Made by a program: the position numbers and the translations under genes
NCBI GenBank assembly: GCA_043766725.1
Contig: JAYUHT010000254.1
Coordinates: forward strand, 1 to 32,993
DNA length: 32,993 nucleotides
Direction: 5' to 3'
Source: Burkholderiales bacterium
Lineage (GTDB): Bacteria; Pseudomonadota; Gammaproteobacteria; Burkholderiales; Burkholderiaceae_C
In this document: one piece after another, positions 1 to 9,291 of the stretch
How positions within the stretch are numbered: the stretch's first letter is position 1
Layout: every line of letters begins with the position of its first letter
The notes under the pieces: generated by a model
Told to the model about the DNA's origin: nothing
The model's database searches: none
The model's input: the letters and a program-made list of their open reading frames with translations, nothing else

Positions 1-1108
1 GGGCAAGTTCTTCGGCGGCGTGCTCGATTTGCGCGAAGACCGCATGCGCGTGTTTTCACCCGGCGAAGACCGCGCCCATGGCGCTGACGACATCATCGAA
101 GGCCTGGCCAACCCCGCCCTGCACGCGCGCTTCGGCGCACCGTTCGAGCAGGCCACGGGCGAGGTGGAACTGCTGCGCGATGCCTCGCCGGCGTTCGATG
201 AAACCGAATTCCGCGCCGGCCGGCAAACGCCGATGTTCTTCGGCTCGGCGATCAACAACTTCGGCGTCAAGGAAGTGCTGGACGCGCTGGTCGACCTGGC
301 ACCCAGCCCCGGCGCGCGGCCGGCGCTGCAACGCACGGTGCTGCCCGAAGAGCCCAAGTTCAGCGGCGTGGTGTTCAAGATCCAGGCCAACATGGACCCG
401 GCGCACCGCGACCGCATCGCCTTCCTGCGCGTGGCCTCGGGTCACTTCGAGCGCGGCATGAAATTGAAGGTCACGCGCTCGGGCAAGGAACTCAAGCCGA
501 ACACGGTGGTGAGCTTTCTTTCGCAACGGCGTGAACTGCTTGATGAAGCCTTTGCCGGCGACATCATCGGCATTCCCAACCATGGCGTGCTGCAACTCGG
601 CGACACGCTCACCGAGGGCGAGGCCTTGCAGTTCACTGGCCTGCCGTTCTTCGCGCCCGAACTCTTTCGCAGCGTCGAAATCGCCGACCCGCTGAAGACC
701 AAGCAATTGCGCGCCGGCCTGACGCAACTGGGCGAAGAAGGTGCGATCCAGGTCTTTCGCCCGCATGCCGGCTCAACGCTGCTGTTAGGCGCGGTGGGCC
801 AGTTGCAGTTTGATGTGGTGGCGCACCGGCTGGAACATGAATACGGCGTGAAGGCACGCATCCAGCCGGCGCGCTACAACGTGGCGCGCTGGGTCACGTG
901 TGACGCGGCCGACGGCGGCGAGCGCGAGCTTGAGCGCTTCATTGAAGGCAACGCCCACCGCATCGCCTTCGACGCCGTGGACGCCCCCACAGTGCTGCTC
1001 GAATACGCCGGCGAATTGCGCGCCATGCAAGACAACTGGAAGAAGATCAAATTCCACGCCTTGCGCGAGCACGCGGGGCTGGTGTTTCAAAAACAGTTGG
1101 ACGGGTGA
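1..1108 (+). CDS. prfC: Peptide chain release factor 3, 5'-truncated by window edge
   Basis: RF3 motifs FFGSAINNFGV, VFKIQANMDPAHRDRIAF, GDIIG, QLGEEGAIQVF, GAVGQLQFDVV. Frame is open from base 2; stop TGA at 1106-1108. Confidence 0.97.
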   Translation, partial: GKFFGGVLDLREDRMRVFSPGEDRAHGADDIIEGLANPALHARFGAPFEQATGEVELLRDASPAFDETEFRAGRQTPMFFGSAINNFGVKEVLDALVDLAPSPGARPALQRTVLPEEPKFSGVVFKIQANMDPAHRDRIAFLRVASGHFERGMKLKVTRSGKELKPNTVVSFLSQRRELLDEAFAGDIIGIPNHGVLQLGDTLTEGEALQFTGLPFFAPELFRSVEIADPLKTKQLRAGLTQLGEEGAIQVFRPHAGSTLLLGAVGQLQFDVVAHRLEHEYGVKARIQPARYNVARWVTCDAADGGERELERFIEGNAHRIAFDAVDAPTVLLEYAGELRAMQDNWKKIKFHALREHAGLVFQKQLDG

Positions 1109-1489
1109 TCAGGCCGGCGCTTGGCCCAGCCGAATGAGCAGGGCCTCCAATTGCTTGCCAAGCTGCGGCACGCTGCCAGTGATCAGAAGCCAAAGTGTGT
1201 CGGCATCGAGTGTGAGGTAGGCGTGGGCCAACCGGTTGCGCGTGCCGATGACCTGGCGCCATGCGATCTCGGGTGCCTTGCCGCGCAAATCGTCCGGCAC
1301 CCGCGAGGCAGCTTCGCCGATCAACTCCAGGTTGCGCAGGGTGGCGTCGAAGCGCATGCGGTCTTCCAGGAATTGCCCCTTGTCCATGCCCGAGGTGTAC
1401 TCGAATACACGCCCGCAGAATTCCAGCATGTCTCGCAGGTACAGGGTCGAGTCGCGCTCAGGCAATGGCGATGGCGTCTCGTTCGACAT
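1109..1489 (-). CDS. HEPN/DUF86 (HepT-like) ribonuclease toxin
   Basis: 126 aa from ATG 1489; RNLELIGEAA and RNRLAHAY (RX4HXY HEPN motif); overlaps the 3' end of the upstream MNT gene. Confidence 0.9.
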   Translation of the reverse strand: MSNETPSPLPERDSTLYLRDMLEFCGRVFEYTSGMDKGQFLEDRMRFDATLRNLELIGEAASRVPDDLRGKAPEIAWRQVIGTRNRLAHAYLTLDADTLWLLITGSVPQLGKQLEALLIRLGQAPA

Positions 1490-1751
1490 ACGGTCTGAAT
1501 TGGGGGCGCAAGGCCGTTTCCGTGACCAGATCCACCGCGCAGCCCAGCAGATCTTCCAGGTAGAACTGAACACCGAAGTATTGGTCGGGGGTGGGCGCGT
1601 TATCAAAGCCCACCAGCACATCCACGTCGCTGTCGGCGCGCGCCGTGCCGCGCGCAACGCTGCCGAACAAAGACAGCCGGCGCACCCCAAAGCGTTGGGC
1701 GAGCACCGGCTTGTGCTCGCCCAACAGCGCCAGAGTGCGTGTTCGATTCAT
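1458..1751 (-). CDS. Minimal nucleotidyltransferase (MntA-like) antitoxin
   Basis: 97 aa from ATG 1751; LFGSVARGTARADSDVDVLV is the GSX10DXD motif; directly upstream of HEPN. Confidence 0.92.
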   Translation of the reverse strand: MNRTRTLALLGEHKPVLAQRFGVRRLSLFGSVARGTARADSDVDVLVGFDNAPTPDQYFGVQFYLEDLLGCAVDLVTETALRPQFRPYVERDAIAIA

Positions 1752-1785
1752 GCGCGGATGATGCCGCATCGCCCGCTGCGCAGCT

Positions 1786-4700
1786 TCAAAACCCCTCGAG
1801 TCGCGGCAAGCCTGGATCGGGCACGGGCCGCGACGCGCGGGCCCTTTGTCGTCGTTGCGAGGGGCCGAGAGGCGCATCGGTGAACAGGCCTAGCGCCTGC
1901 ATCGCCACAGCGTCCAGCAGCGGCCCGGTGCAGATTCGCTCCAGCAGCTTGGCGGCTGCCGGTTCGAGTTCGATCAGCCAGCCCAGCACATTGAGCAGAT
2001 CAAGCAACTCGGTCGTGTACTCGGCGAGCCAGGCTTCAGGCTGGATATCACCGAGCGGCGAAGGCGCGCGGCGGTCGCCGATGATCGGGCGCTCGCGCGA
2101 CTTGCGGCGGTAGCTGAACCACTGCACGAGCACCTGCTTGCCCGACACCTCGTAGTGCCACACCGCCGCCGGCACCGGCGCGATGTAGCCCGTGCCCACG
2201 TGGAGGCGCTGGGCCGTTGCGTCATAGCTCATGACGTCGGGCATGCCGGCGCTGTCAGTCGGGATCGCACCGCCGGCCGGCACCTTGGGGCGGCGTTCCG
2301 GCGGCAGCCGCGGCGGGCCGGGCGGGCGGCCCGCCGCGGAGTCTGCAAGGCGCTCGCCGAAGCTGTGCAGCCAGACCACGCGGCGGCCGAGGGCTGCGGC
2401 ATCGGCGAAGGTGGCGGCATCGGCGGTGAGCGGGATGCGCAGGCCGGGCGTGGCGAGGTCGTTGCGAAAGCGTTCGATGTAGGCCGGGTGCGCGGCCACG
2501 GCGGCGATGTAGGCGAACAGGTCTTCGGCACTGACGGGCTGGCCATAGGTCGTCGAAAGGTGGGACAGCAACGCGGGGCGCAGGTTGGGCTGCGTGGCTG
2601 CGGCGTCGGCCCAGAGCGGGAACGCACGGCCGCCACGACCGTTGTAGTGGTGGAGGTCCGGTATGAGTGCGGATACCGTCGCGGCGGGTCCGTCGGTCGG
2701 TGGTCGATCATGCGGCGCTGTGAGATAGACCTGTGCTCCGCTACGAACCTGCCACAACTCCGGGTTCGGCCGATTGATCAGTCTCACGTCTGGAACGATC
2801 CATTGACGATCGAACGACCGTACCCCGTAGGCGACCGGCGCCACGGACGCCCCGGTCTCCTGCCCGACGGGCCGCTCACTGACCGGATAACCCGCAAGCG
2901 AAGTCGAGACCACCCGCGCCACATGCCGATCACCGAGGCCCTCCTTCGCAAGGTGCGGGTGAAAGAGTCGCTCCTTGTCCTGCACCGGCGCCGCGACGAG
3001 CCTTGCCCAGCGCCGCGTCAGTGATTCGGCGTCCGGCGCGATCACCCACGTGCGCCCGGGCATCACACCCGAGCCGTTGTAGATGAAGAAATCCTCCAGC
3101 GCCGGATGCGCCGCCCAGTCTGCGGTGGATGCCGGCAGAAAGGGCGCTCGGCCATCGTGCGGGCACAGCACCCAGCCCGGCGCGTCCAGCTTCAGTGCCG
3201 CCAGCGCCTCGAATTTCGCGCTTCGGTGCCCCGCCGGCAACGCGCGCCAGCGCACGACAGCCGGCTGCGTTTTCTGGCTCGCGTTCCACTGCGACGCCAG
3301 CACGATGCACACCGGCTGCTGCACGCCCTGGAATATCCGTGTGGCCACTTCCGGCTGGTGGCCTTCGGGCGAACAGTCGATCACCCAGACCTCGTGGCAG
3401 CGCTGGCGCAAGTACTCGCGCATGCGCTGAAAGCCGGGCCCGCCGAGGAAGCCGGCCACGGTAATGAACGCCACGATGCCGCTGCCCGCGGCGGCACCCA
3501 TGGCCGGTTGGTGGTCGAACACTTTCCAGGTGGCCCAGCGCCAGAAATAGACGTACAGGTTGCGCAGGTGCTTGCTGTGCGCGCTCGCGCCCCAGGCCAG
3601 CGGCGGCATCCAGTCGTCAAGCGGCGCATACATGCCCTTGGCGCGGCCCTCGCCTTCGACCCAGCCGCCGCGGCCCTTGGCCTTTTCTTTATAGGGCGGG
3701 TTGCCGATGACCACCGTGATGGGCTCATCGCGCTTGATGCGGTTGGCGTCTTTGCGCTGCCTGCCGATGGGGGCCAGGAAGCCCGGGAAGCGGCCGCCGT
3801 CGTCGTGCGGGTTGCCCAGCGTGTCGGTCACGAACATGCGTGGCGCCGTCTTGGGCGGTGCGCCCGTCAGCGCCAGGGCCTCGGCGATCACGCGCAATTG
3901 CGCCACTGCAAAAGGCCCGAGCTGCAGCTCGAATGCGAGCAGCCGCTGCATCGCCGATTCGATGGCTGCGGCCACCGCGCCCGGCCCTTCGTCGGCGGCC
4001 ACGGTGGCGGCAACATGCCGCAGCACGCCGAGCACGAAGGTGCCGGTGCCCGTGGCCGGGTCGGCAATGGTCACGCTGCGGTCTGCGATGCCGCGTGGCC
4101 GATCAAAGCCCGGCCGACGCAAGGCTTCATCGACCAGGCCGACCATGCTGCCCACAACTTCCGGCGGCGTGTAGTAAGAGCCTGTGAGCTTGCGCAGATC
4201 GCTGTCATAGACCTCGAGAAAGTCTTCGTAGAAGTACAGCCAGGCATCGGTGCGGCCCTTGCTGATGGTGGGCCAGTCCACGACATCGAGCACCCGTTCC
4301 AGCGTGCGCAGCGAAGTCGACAGGGCCTTGCGCGTCTCGTCGCTGTAGGTCAGCAGCTGTAGTGCGGTGCCGATGAGTGAAGAGGTTTTCTTTAACTCCT
4401 CGGAGACCCCGTGCATGCCCGTGCTGATGCTGATGCCACGCGCCCGCGCCGTGAGCAGACCGAAGGTGACTGCCTGTGCGTAGCCATCTGCGAATTGGCT
4501 GTCGCTGGCTTGCGGGAAGAGCAGTTCACGCCAGTCGGCGGCCAGCGTGGTGAGGGCCTCGCTTTTCTCGGCCAGCGCCTCGGTCACTTCATCGCGCAGC
4601 AGCCGGCACAGCCGCGCGCTGACCTCAGCCAGTTCCTTGGCGGTCCTGGGTGGAATGGGATCCCACCGGAAGAAGAACTCGAACAGCGCTTGCAGGCCTT

Positions 4701-5160
4701 GACCCGGCGCGAGCTTGTCGCCGGAGGCTTCGATGTCGCCGTCCAGCCGCACCAGCGGGCATGCGAGTTCGCCGTTGCGCCAGAGGCTGAACTCGTTGCC
4801 GTCAGCGTAGATGAGATTGGGCAAGGATTGCAGGCGCTGCCATTGCGCCTTGTCGTGCGCCCCTCTCATGCGGCGCGGGTCGGCGCCCTTGCCGGGGGCC
4901 TTGAGTTCAACAAAACCTGCCAACGCGCCGTTCACCGTGATTGCATAGTCTGGCCGCGTGTGAAGGGCTGCTATGGAGGTTTCGCCCACGGTCACGACGG
5001 CGCCTGGGGCAAAGCCGCAAAGCGCGGCCATGTGGCCAACAAGCTGCTCAAAGGGCCCGCGAAGTTGATCTTCGGGTTCGCCCGTCACCGAGGGGTTGTT
5101 GAGCTTGGCCTTTGCGCTTTTGCCGAACTGTGCGACCACTTCAACCAGTGATGGCTTCAT
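1786..5160 (-). CDS. Single-polypeptide restriction-modification enzyme (Type IIG/IIL-like; N6-adenine MTase with Type ISP-like C-terminal specificity region)
   Basis: About 1124 aa from ATG 5160 (track extends to TTG 5205). N-terminal PD-(D/E)xK nuclease (RPDY...FVELK), GSYYTPPEVV, motif I DPATGTGTF, motif IV GNPPY, NLYVYFWRW, C-terminal YEVSGKQVLVQW. No helicase motifs seen. Confidence 0.88.
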   Translation of the reverse strand: MKPSLVEVVAQFGKSAKAKLNNPSVTGEPEDQLRGPFEQLVGHMAALCGFAPGAVVTVGETSIAALHTRPDYAITVNGALAGFVELKAPGKGADPRRMRGAHDKAQWQRLQSLPNLIYADGNEFSLWRNGELACPLVRLDGDIEASGDKLAPGQGLQALFEFFFRWDPIPPRTAKELAEVSARLCRLLRDEVTEALAEKSEALTTLAADWRELLFPQASDSQFADGYAQAVTFGLLTARARGISISTGMHGVSEELKKTSSLIGTALQLLTYSDETRKALSTSLRTLERVLDVVDWPTISKGRTDAWLYFYEDFLEVYDSDLRKLTGSYYTPPEVVGSMVGLVDEALRRPGFDRPRGIADRSVTIADPATGTGTFVLGVLRHVAATVAADEGPGAVAAAIESAMQRLLAFELQLGPFAVAQLRVIAEALALTGAPPKTAPRMFVTDTLGNPHDDGGRFPGFLAPIGRQRKDANRIKRDEPITVVIGNPPYKEKAKGRGGWVEGEGRAKGMYAPLDDWMPPLAWGASAHSKHLRNLYVYFWRWATWKVFDHQPAMGAAAGSGIVAFITVAGFLGGPGFQRMREYLRQRCHEVWVIDCSPEGHQPEVATRIFQGVQQPVCIVLASQWNASQKTQPAVVRWRALPAGHRSAKFEALAALKLDAPGWVLCPHDGRAPFLPASTADWAAHPALEDFFIYNGSGVMPGRTWVIAPDAESLTRRWARLVAAPVQDKERLFHPHLAKEGLGDRHVARVVSTSLAGYPVSERPVGQETGASVAPVAYGVRSFDRQWIVPDVRLINRPNPELWQVRSGAQVYLTAPHDRPPTDGPAATVSALIPDLHHYNGRGGRAFPLWADAAATQPNLRPALLSHLSTTYGQPVSAEDLFAYIAAVAAHPAYIERFRNDLATPGLRIPLTADAATFADAAALGRRVVWLHSFGERLADSAAGRPPGPPRLPPERRPKVPAGGAIPTDSAGMPDVMSYDATAQRLHVGTGYIAPVPAAVWHYEVSGKQVLVQWFSYRRKSRERPIIGDRRAPSPLGDIQPEAWLAEYTTELLDLLNVLGWLIELEPAAAKLLERICTGPLLDAVAMQALGLFTDAPLGPSQRRQRARASRPVPDPGLPRLEGF

Positions 5161-5318
5161 TATCAAATCCACTCCCCGCGTAGTTTGGCAATTGTCGGTG
5201 TTCAAGTCGACTGGCCGGATGCAGCTGGAAGCTTGAGCAGTACTGATCTGCTGTTTCAGCCTCTAAAGCCACAACGGCAAATTTGCTTGGCAGCACGGTT
5301 CAGCGCTGCGCAGGGGTC

Positions 5319-5348
5319 TTGACGGCCTGGCGGGTTGCAGCGTATTAT
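5319..5348 (+). promoter_or_regulatory. Putative sigma70 promoter of vapBC
   Basis: TTGACG (5319-5324) - 18 bp - TATTAT (5343-5348), followed by RBS AAGGA and ATG at 5375. Confidence 0.6.
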
Positions 5349-5374
5349 TGTTGTTAATATCAAGGATCAACACC

Positions 5375-5641
5375 ATGACCATGACCGTCAAGCTCGACCC
5401 CGAACTCGAACAGCGCCTGCGCCAGCGCAGCGTGGCCGAGGGCCGGCCTGCGGGCGAGTTGATCCGCGAGGCCTTGGTGCATTACCTCGATGCCGCAGCA
5501 GCGGCCACGCCCTCGGCACTCACCCTGGGTGCCGATCTGTTTGGCCGTTTCAGCGGGCTGCCCAATCTGGCGCAAACTCGCAAAGCCGCTGTGGCCGATG
5601 CCTGGGCCGGCAAACACGCGGCCCGCGGCGCGCGGCGCTGA
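5375..5641 (+). CDS. Ribbon-helix-helix (CopG-like) antitoxin, VapB-type
   Basis: MTMTVKLDPELEQRLRQRSVAEGRPAGELIREAL fits the RHH pattern; RBS AAGGA; stop abuts the PIN gene start. Confidence 0.85.
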   Translation: MTMTVKLDPELEQRLRQRSVAEGRPAGELIREALVHYLDAAAAATPSALTLGADLFGRFSGLPNLAQTRKAAVADAWAGKHAARGARR

Positions 5642-6112
5642 ATGGCCACGGCCCGCAAGGCGCGCGAGCCCAGCGCGCGCTACCTGGTGCCTGGCCGCGT
5701 GCTGGTGGACAGCGGCCCCTTGATCGCCCTGTTCAATGCCGCGGACCATTGGCATGCGGTCGTGCTGGCCTGGCTCAAGGCCAATGAATCAAGTGCCCTC
5801 ATCACCACCTGGCCCGTGGTCACCGAGGTCTGCGCGCTGCTGGCCCGGCGCATCGGCAACCCTTGTGCGCTTGACTTCCTGCGCTGGGCGCAGCGCGGGG
5901 GCATTGCGGTGGATGCCCACGTGCCGGCTTCGCTGCCCGACATGCTGGCCATTGCCACGCGCTTTGCCAGCTTGCCGTTCGACCTGGCCGATGCGTCCAT
6001 CGTCGAGGCGGCGGCGCGCCTGCGCATCCGCCATGTGCTGAGCATCGACGCCGACTTCGATGTTTACCGTGACAAAGCCGGCAAGCCTTTGGTCAACGCG
6101 CTGCGCGGCTGA
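5642..6112 (+). CDS. vapC: PIN-domain toxin, VapC family
   Basis: VLVDSGPLIAL, VVTEV, DLADASIV and SIDADF carry the acidic PIN catalytic residues. Confidence 0.9.
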   Translation: MATARKAREPSARYLVPGRVLVDSGPLIALFNAADHWHAVVLAWLKANESSALITTWPVVTEVCALLARRIGNPCALDFLRWAQRGGIAVDAHVPASLPDMLAIATRFASLPFDLADASIVEAAARLRIRHVLSIDADFDVYRDKAGKPLVNALRG

Positions 6113-7068
6113 CTACTTGTTCGCGCTGACGTAGTTCGCCGGCAGCCACGTATAGCCGCGGCCATCGTCGCGCAGCTTGCCGATGCCGGGGAACGAAATG
6201 TGGGTCACACCCACGTAATAGCCCTCGGCCGCGGCGGCGGCGTAGGCCTTGGCGCGCTGCGCCGCGGCGGCAGTGGAATCGGAATCGAACTGAATGGTCA
6301 CGCTGGGGTCGTTGAACTGCACCGCCGCCACGTGCATCAGGTCGCCCCAGATCATCATCTTCTGGCCCTTGCTTTCCACCAGGTAAATGGTGTGGCCCGG
6401 CGTGTGGCCGCGCGCGGCCACGGCTTTCACGCCGTTCACCAACTGCGTGTCGCCGTCGAAGGGGCTGAACTTGCCGGCGGCCTGGTACGGGTTGATCGAC
6501 GCCATCGCACCCTTGAACGCACCCTTGCCGGCTTCGGGTGCTTTGTCCAGGTTGGCCTGCTGAGCCAGAAATCGGCGTCGTTTTTGTCGGCACGCACCGT
6601 GGCGTTGGGGAACGCGCGGTTGGCGCCGTTCATCAGGCCGCCCACGTGGTCGCCATGCATGTGGGTGATGTAGACCTCATCCACCTGCTCGGGCTGGTAG
6701 CCACTGGCTTTGAGGTTGTTCAACAACCTGCCCAGCGTGGGGCCGAACAAGGTGGCCGCGCCGGCGTCGATCAGCACCAGCTTTTCGCCCGTGTTCACCA
6801 AATAGCCGTTAACCGACGTTTCCAGTGGCGTGCCCAGGTAGGCACGCGACAGCGCGTCCATCACCTGCGCCGCGGTGGTGTTGGTGAGCAGCTTGTCCAC
6901 CGGCAACGCCACGGTGCCGTCGCTCAACGCGGTGACTTCAAAGTCGCCCAGCATCATGCGGTACCAGCCGGGAGACTGGCCTTTGGCTTGCGGTGCGCCG
7001 GCGTGCGCGCTGGCCACCAGGGCCAAGGTGATGAAGGCGGCGCGAATCGGGTTGAGCAGGCGGTTCAT
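6113..7068 (-). pseudogene. Secreted MBL-fold metallo-hydrolase (methyl parathion hydrolase/OPHC2-like), frameshifted at about 6559-6560
   Basis: ATG 7068, signal peptide, PGWYRMMLGDFEVTALSDGT, THMHGDH in one frame; GHTPGH, WGDLMH and THISFPGIG in another. Restoring one base (AGC AG -> AGC CAG) gives a continuous 318-aa protein. May be a sequencing error rather than a true pseudogene. Confidence 0.85.
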
Positions 7069-7131
7069 GGCTTGGGCTCCGGTTGTTCGGTTGGGCGCCG
7101 CAGAATACCCAGCCCCAAGCCATAGCGCCAG

Positions 7132-8352
7132 ATGATCGAATCCCCTATTTCCAACGCCAGCGCCGCGCCTGCCGCCGATGCCATGGCCGAATTCCTGCAT
7201 GCGGCGCGCACTGCGCTGTCGAACGGCAGCTTCGACCAACTGCTGCTGGCCAACCCCAGCGGCACGCTGGAAGGCGTGCATCGCATCACGGCGCGCGCGG
7301 TGCACATCAAGCACGAGCCGCAATTGAGCTTCACCTTTCGCCACGGCACCAGTGACCACACCCACAACACCACGCACGAACGGGGCCTGCAAGAGATAGC
7401 AGGGTGGGCCGGCACGGCATTTCGCAACCTGCACCTGTTCACGCCGGGCCAGGAACTGCAACTTGCCTTCAACCGCAAGGGCAAGGCGTCGCTGCGCCGA
7501 GGCAAGGCTGAAAGCGCCGAGCCCGGCGCCGTGGCGACGGCCGGTCATAACCGCGAAAAGCACAGGCTGGTGCCGCTGGATCGCCCCTACCTGGCCGCGC
7601 TGGGTGTGGCCGATGCGCATGGCGCGCTGGTGCCGGCCATGGCGCGCAAGTACCGGCAGATCAACCGCTTTGTCGAGGTCTTGGCAGCGGCCCTGCAAAC
7701 CCTGCCGCCGCGCAATGATGAGCCCGTGCGCGTGGCCGACTTTGGCTGCGGCAAGGGTTACCTCACCTTCGCCGTGCATGACCATTTGCGCCAGTTGTTG
7801 CAGCGCCCGCTGCAAGTGACGGGCGTGGAACTGCGCACCGAACTGGTTGATTTTTGCAACGCCGCCGTACAGCAGTTGGGCTTGCAAGGCCTGCACTTCG
7901 AGCACGGCGACTTGGCCAATTTCAAACCCCAGCCGCTGGACGTGGTGATCGCGCTTCACGCCTGCGACACCGCCACCGACCAGGCCATCCACCTCGGCCT
8001 GCAAGCCGGTGCGCAGGTGATCGTTTGTTCGCCGTGCTGCCACAAACAGATTCGCCCGCAACTGCTGGCGCCGCACCCGCTGCGGCCGATCCTGCAGCAC
8101 GGCATTCACCTCGGGCAAGAAGCCGAAATGCTCACCGATGGCCTGCGCGCGCTGCTGCTGCAGGCCCAGGGCTATGCCACGCAGGTGTTCGAGTTCGTGG
8201 CGCTGGAACACACGGCCAAGAACAAGATGATCCTGGCGGTGAAAGGCGGCACGGTGCCGCCGCGCGAGGAAGTGCTGCAACAGATCGACGAGATCAAGCG
8301 CTTTTATGGCATTCGTGAACAGGCGCTCGAAACCCTGCTGCGCGCATCGTGA
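7132..8352 (+). CDS. Class I SAM-dependent methyltransferase
   Basis: KYRQINRF, VADFGCGKGYLTF (motif I), ALHACDTATD, SPCCH, HTAKNKMI. Confidence 0.9.
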   Translation: MIESPISNASAAPAADAMAEFLHAARTALSNGSFDQLLLANPSGTLEGVHRITARAVHIKHEPQLSFTFRHGTSDHTHNTTHERGLQEIAGWAGTAFRNLHLFTPGQELQLAFNRKGKASLRRGKAESAEPGAVATAGHNREKHRLVPLDRPYLAALGVADAHGALVPAMARKYRQINRFVEVLAAALQTLPPRNDEPVRVADFGCGKGYLTFAVHDHLRQLLQRPLQVTGVELRTELVDFCNAAVQQLGLQGLHFEHGDLANFKPQPLDVVIALHACDTATDQAIHLGLQAGAQVIVCSPCCHKQIRPQLLAPHPLRPILQHGIHLGQEAEMLTDGLRALLLQAQGYATQVFEFVALEHTAKNKMILAVKGGTVPPREEVLQQIDEIKRFYGIREQALETLLRAS

Positions 8353-8353
8353 A

Positions 8354-9283
8354 TCAGCCCACGGCAGCGCCGTCGACGATCAACTCCGCCGCTGCCAGGT
8401 CTTCCAGGGCGCTGCCGACTGACTTGAACAAGGTGATCTCTTGCGTTGTGTTTCGCCCATCGCATTCACCGCGGCACAGTTGTTCCAGCGTGCCTTGCAA
8501 GGCTGCCACATCGAAGGCCCCTTCGGCGATGGCCAGGGTGATGTCGCCGGCTTTGGCCAGGGCCTCGGGCGTATCCACATAGACGCGGGCGCGGGCCAGG
8601 CAGGCGCCATCGGCTTCGCGCATGGCGGGGGTGAAGCCACCGATCAGATCAACGTGCGTGCCCGGCCGCAACGCCGCGCCGTGCAGCAGTGGCGTGGCGG
8701 CCAGGGTGGCGCAGCTCACGATGTCGCATGCGGCCAGGCCGGCATTCAAATCGACACACGCCGTGGCGTTGAAACCTTGCTGGCGCAAGCTCGCCACCAG
8801 CACGGCAGCGGCTTCAGGGCGGCGCGCATGCACTTGCACGCTTTCAATCGCACGCACCGCACGGTAGGCCGCGGGCAGCAACCCCGCCACGCGGCCGGCG
8901 CCCACCACAAGCAGGCGGCTTGCTTCTTGGCGCGCCAGGAACGAAGCGGCCAGCGCCGAGGCCGCCGCCGTGCGCCGGGCGGTGAGTTCGCCGCCGTCCA
9001 CCTGCGCCAGCACCTCGCCCGTGCTGGCGCTGAACAGCAGCACCATGGCATGCAGCGCGGGCAGGCCGCGCGCGGCGTTGCCCGGGAACAGGTTCACCAC
9101 CTTCACCGCATAACGCCCGCCTTCACGCCACGCCGGCATGAGCAGGCTCACACCCGCATGGCCGATGGCGTGGCTGTGGCGCAGCGGCACCTGTGCGCCA
9201 AGCTGGAAGGCGCGGCGCAGCGCCGGCACCAGGGCATCGAAGGGCAGGGCCTGCGCGGTGGCGGCAGCATCGAACTGACGCAT
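8354..9283 (-). CDS. Ornithine cyclodeaminase/mu-crystallin family protein (possibly delta1-pyrroline-2-carboxylate reductase)
   Basis: LLMPAW, LTARRTAAASALA, VVGAGRVA, HVDLIGGFTPAMRE, LFKSVGSALEDLAAA. Start is ATG 9283 or TTG 9295. Confidence 0.88.
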   Translation of the reverse strand: MRQFDAAATAQALPFDALVPALRRAFQLGAQVPLRHSHAIGHAGVSLLMPAWREGGRYAVKVVNLFPGNAARGLPALHAMVLLFSASTGEVLAQVDGGELTARRTAAASALAASFLARQEASRLLVVGAGRVAGLLPAAYRAVRAIESVQVHARRPEAAAVLVASLRQQGFNATACVDLNAGLAACDIVSCATLAATPLLHGAALRPGTHVDLIGGFTPAMREADGACLARARVYVDTPEALAKAGDITLAIAEGAFDVAALQGTLEQLCRGECDGRNTTQEITLFKSVGSALEDLAAAELIVDGAAVG

Positions 9284-9291
9284 GCCGGCGT

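Noticed and set aside
1-1108. SXT/R391-type ICE integrated at prfC
   Set aside because: Those elements insert at the 5' end of prfC. Here the accessory genes follow the 3' end, with no integrase, conjugation genes or duplicated att sequence visible.
6545-6575. Programmed ribosomal frameshift in the hydrolase
   Set aside because: No slippery heptamer or homopolymer run; a one-base loss explains it.
6436-8280. 614-aa ORF as a single fusion protein
   Set aside because: Its first part is the antisense shadow of the methyltransferase; only the portion from ATG 7068 is the real hydrolase.
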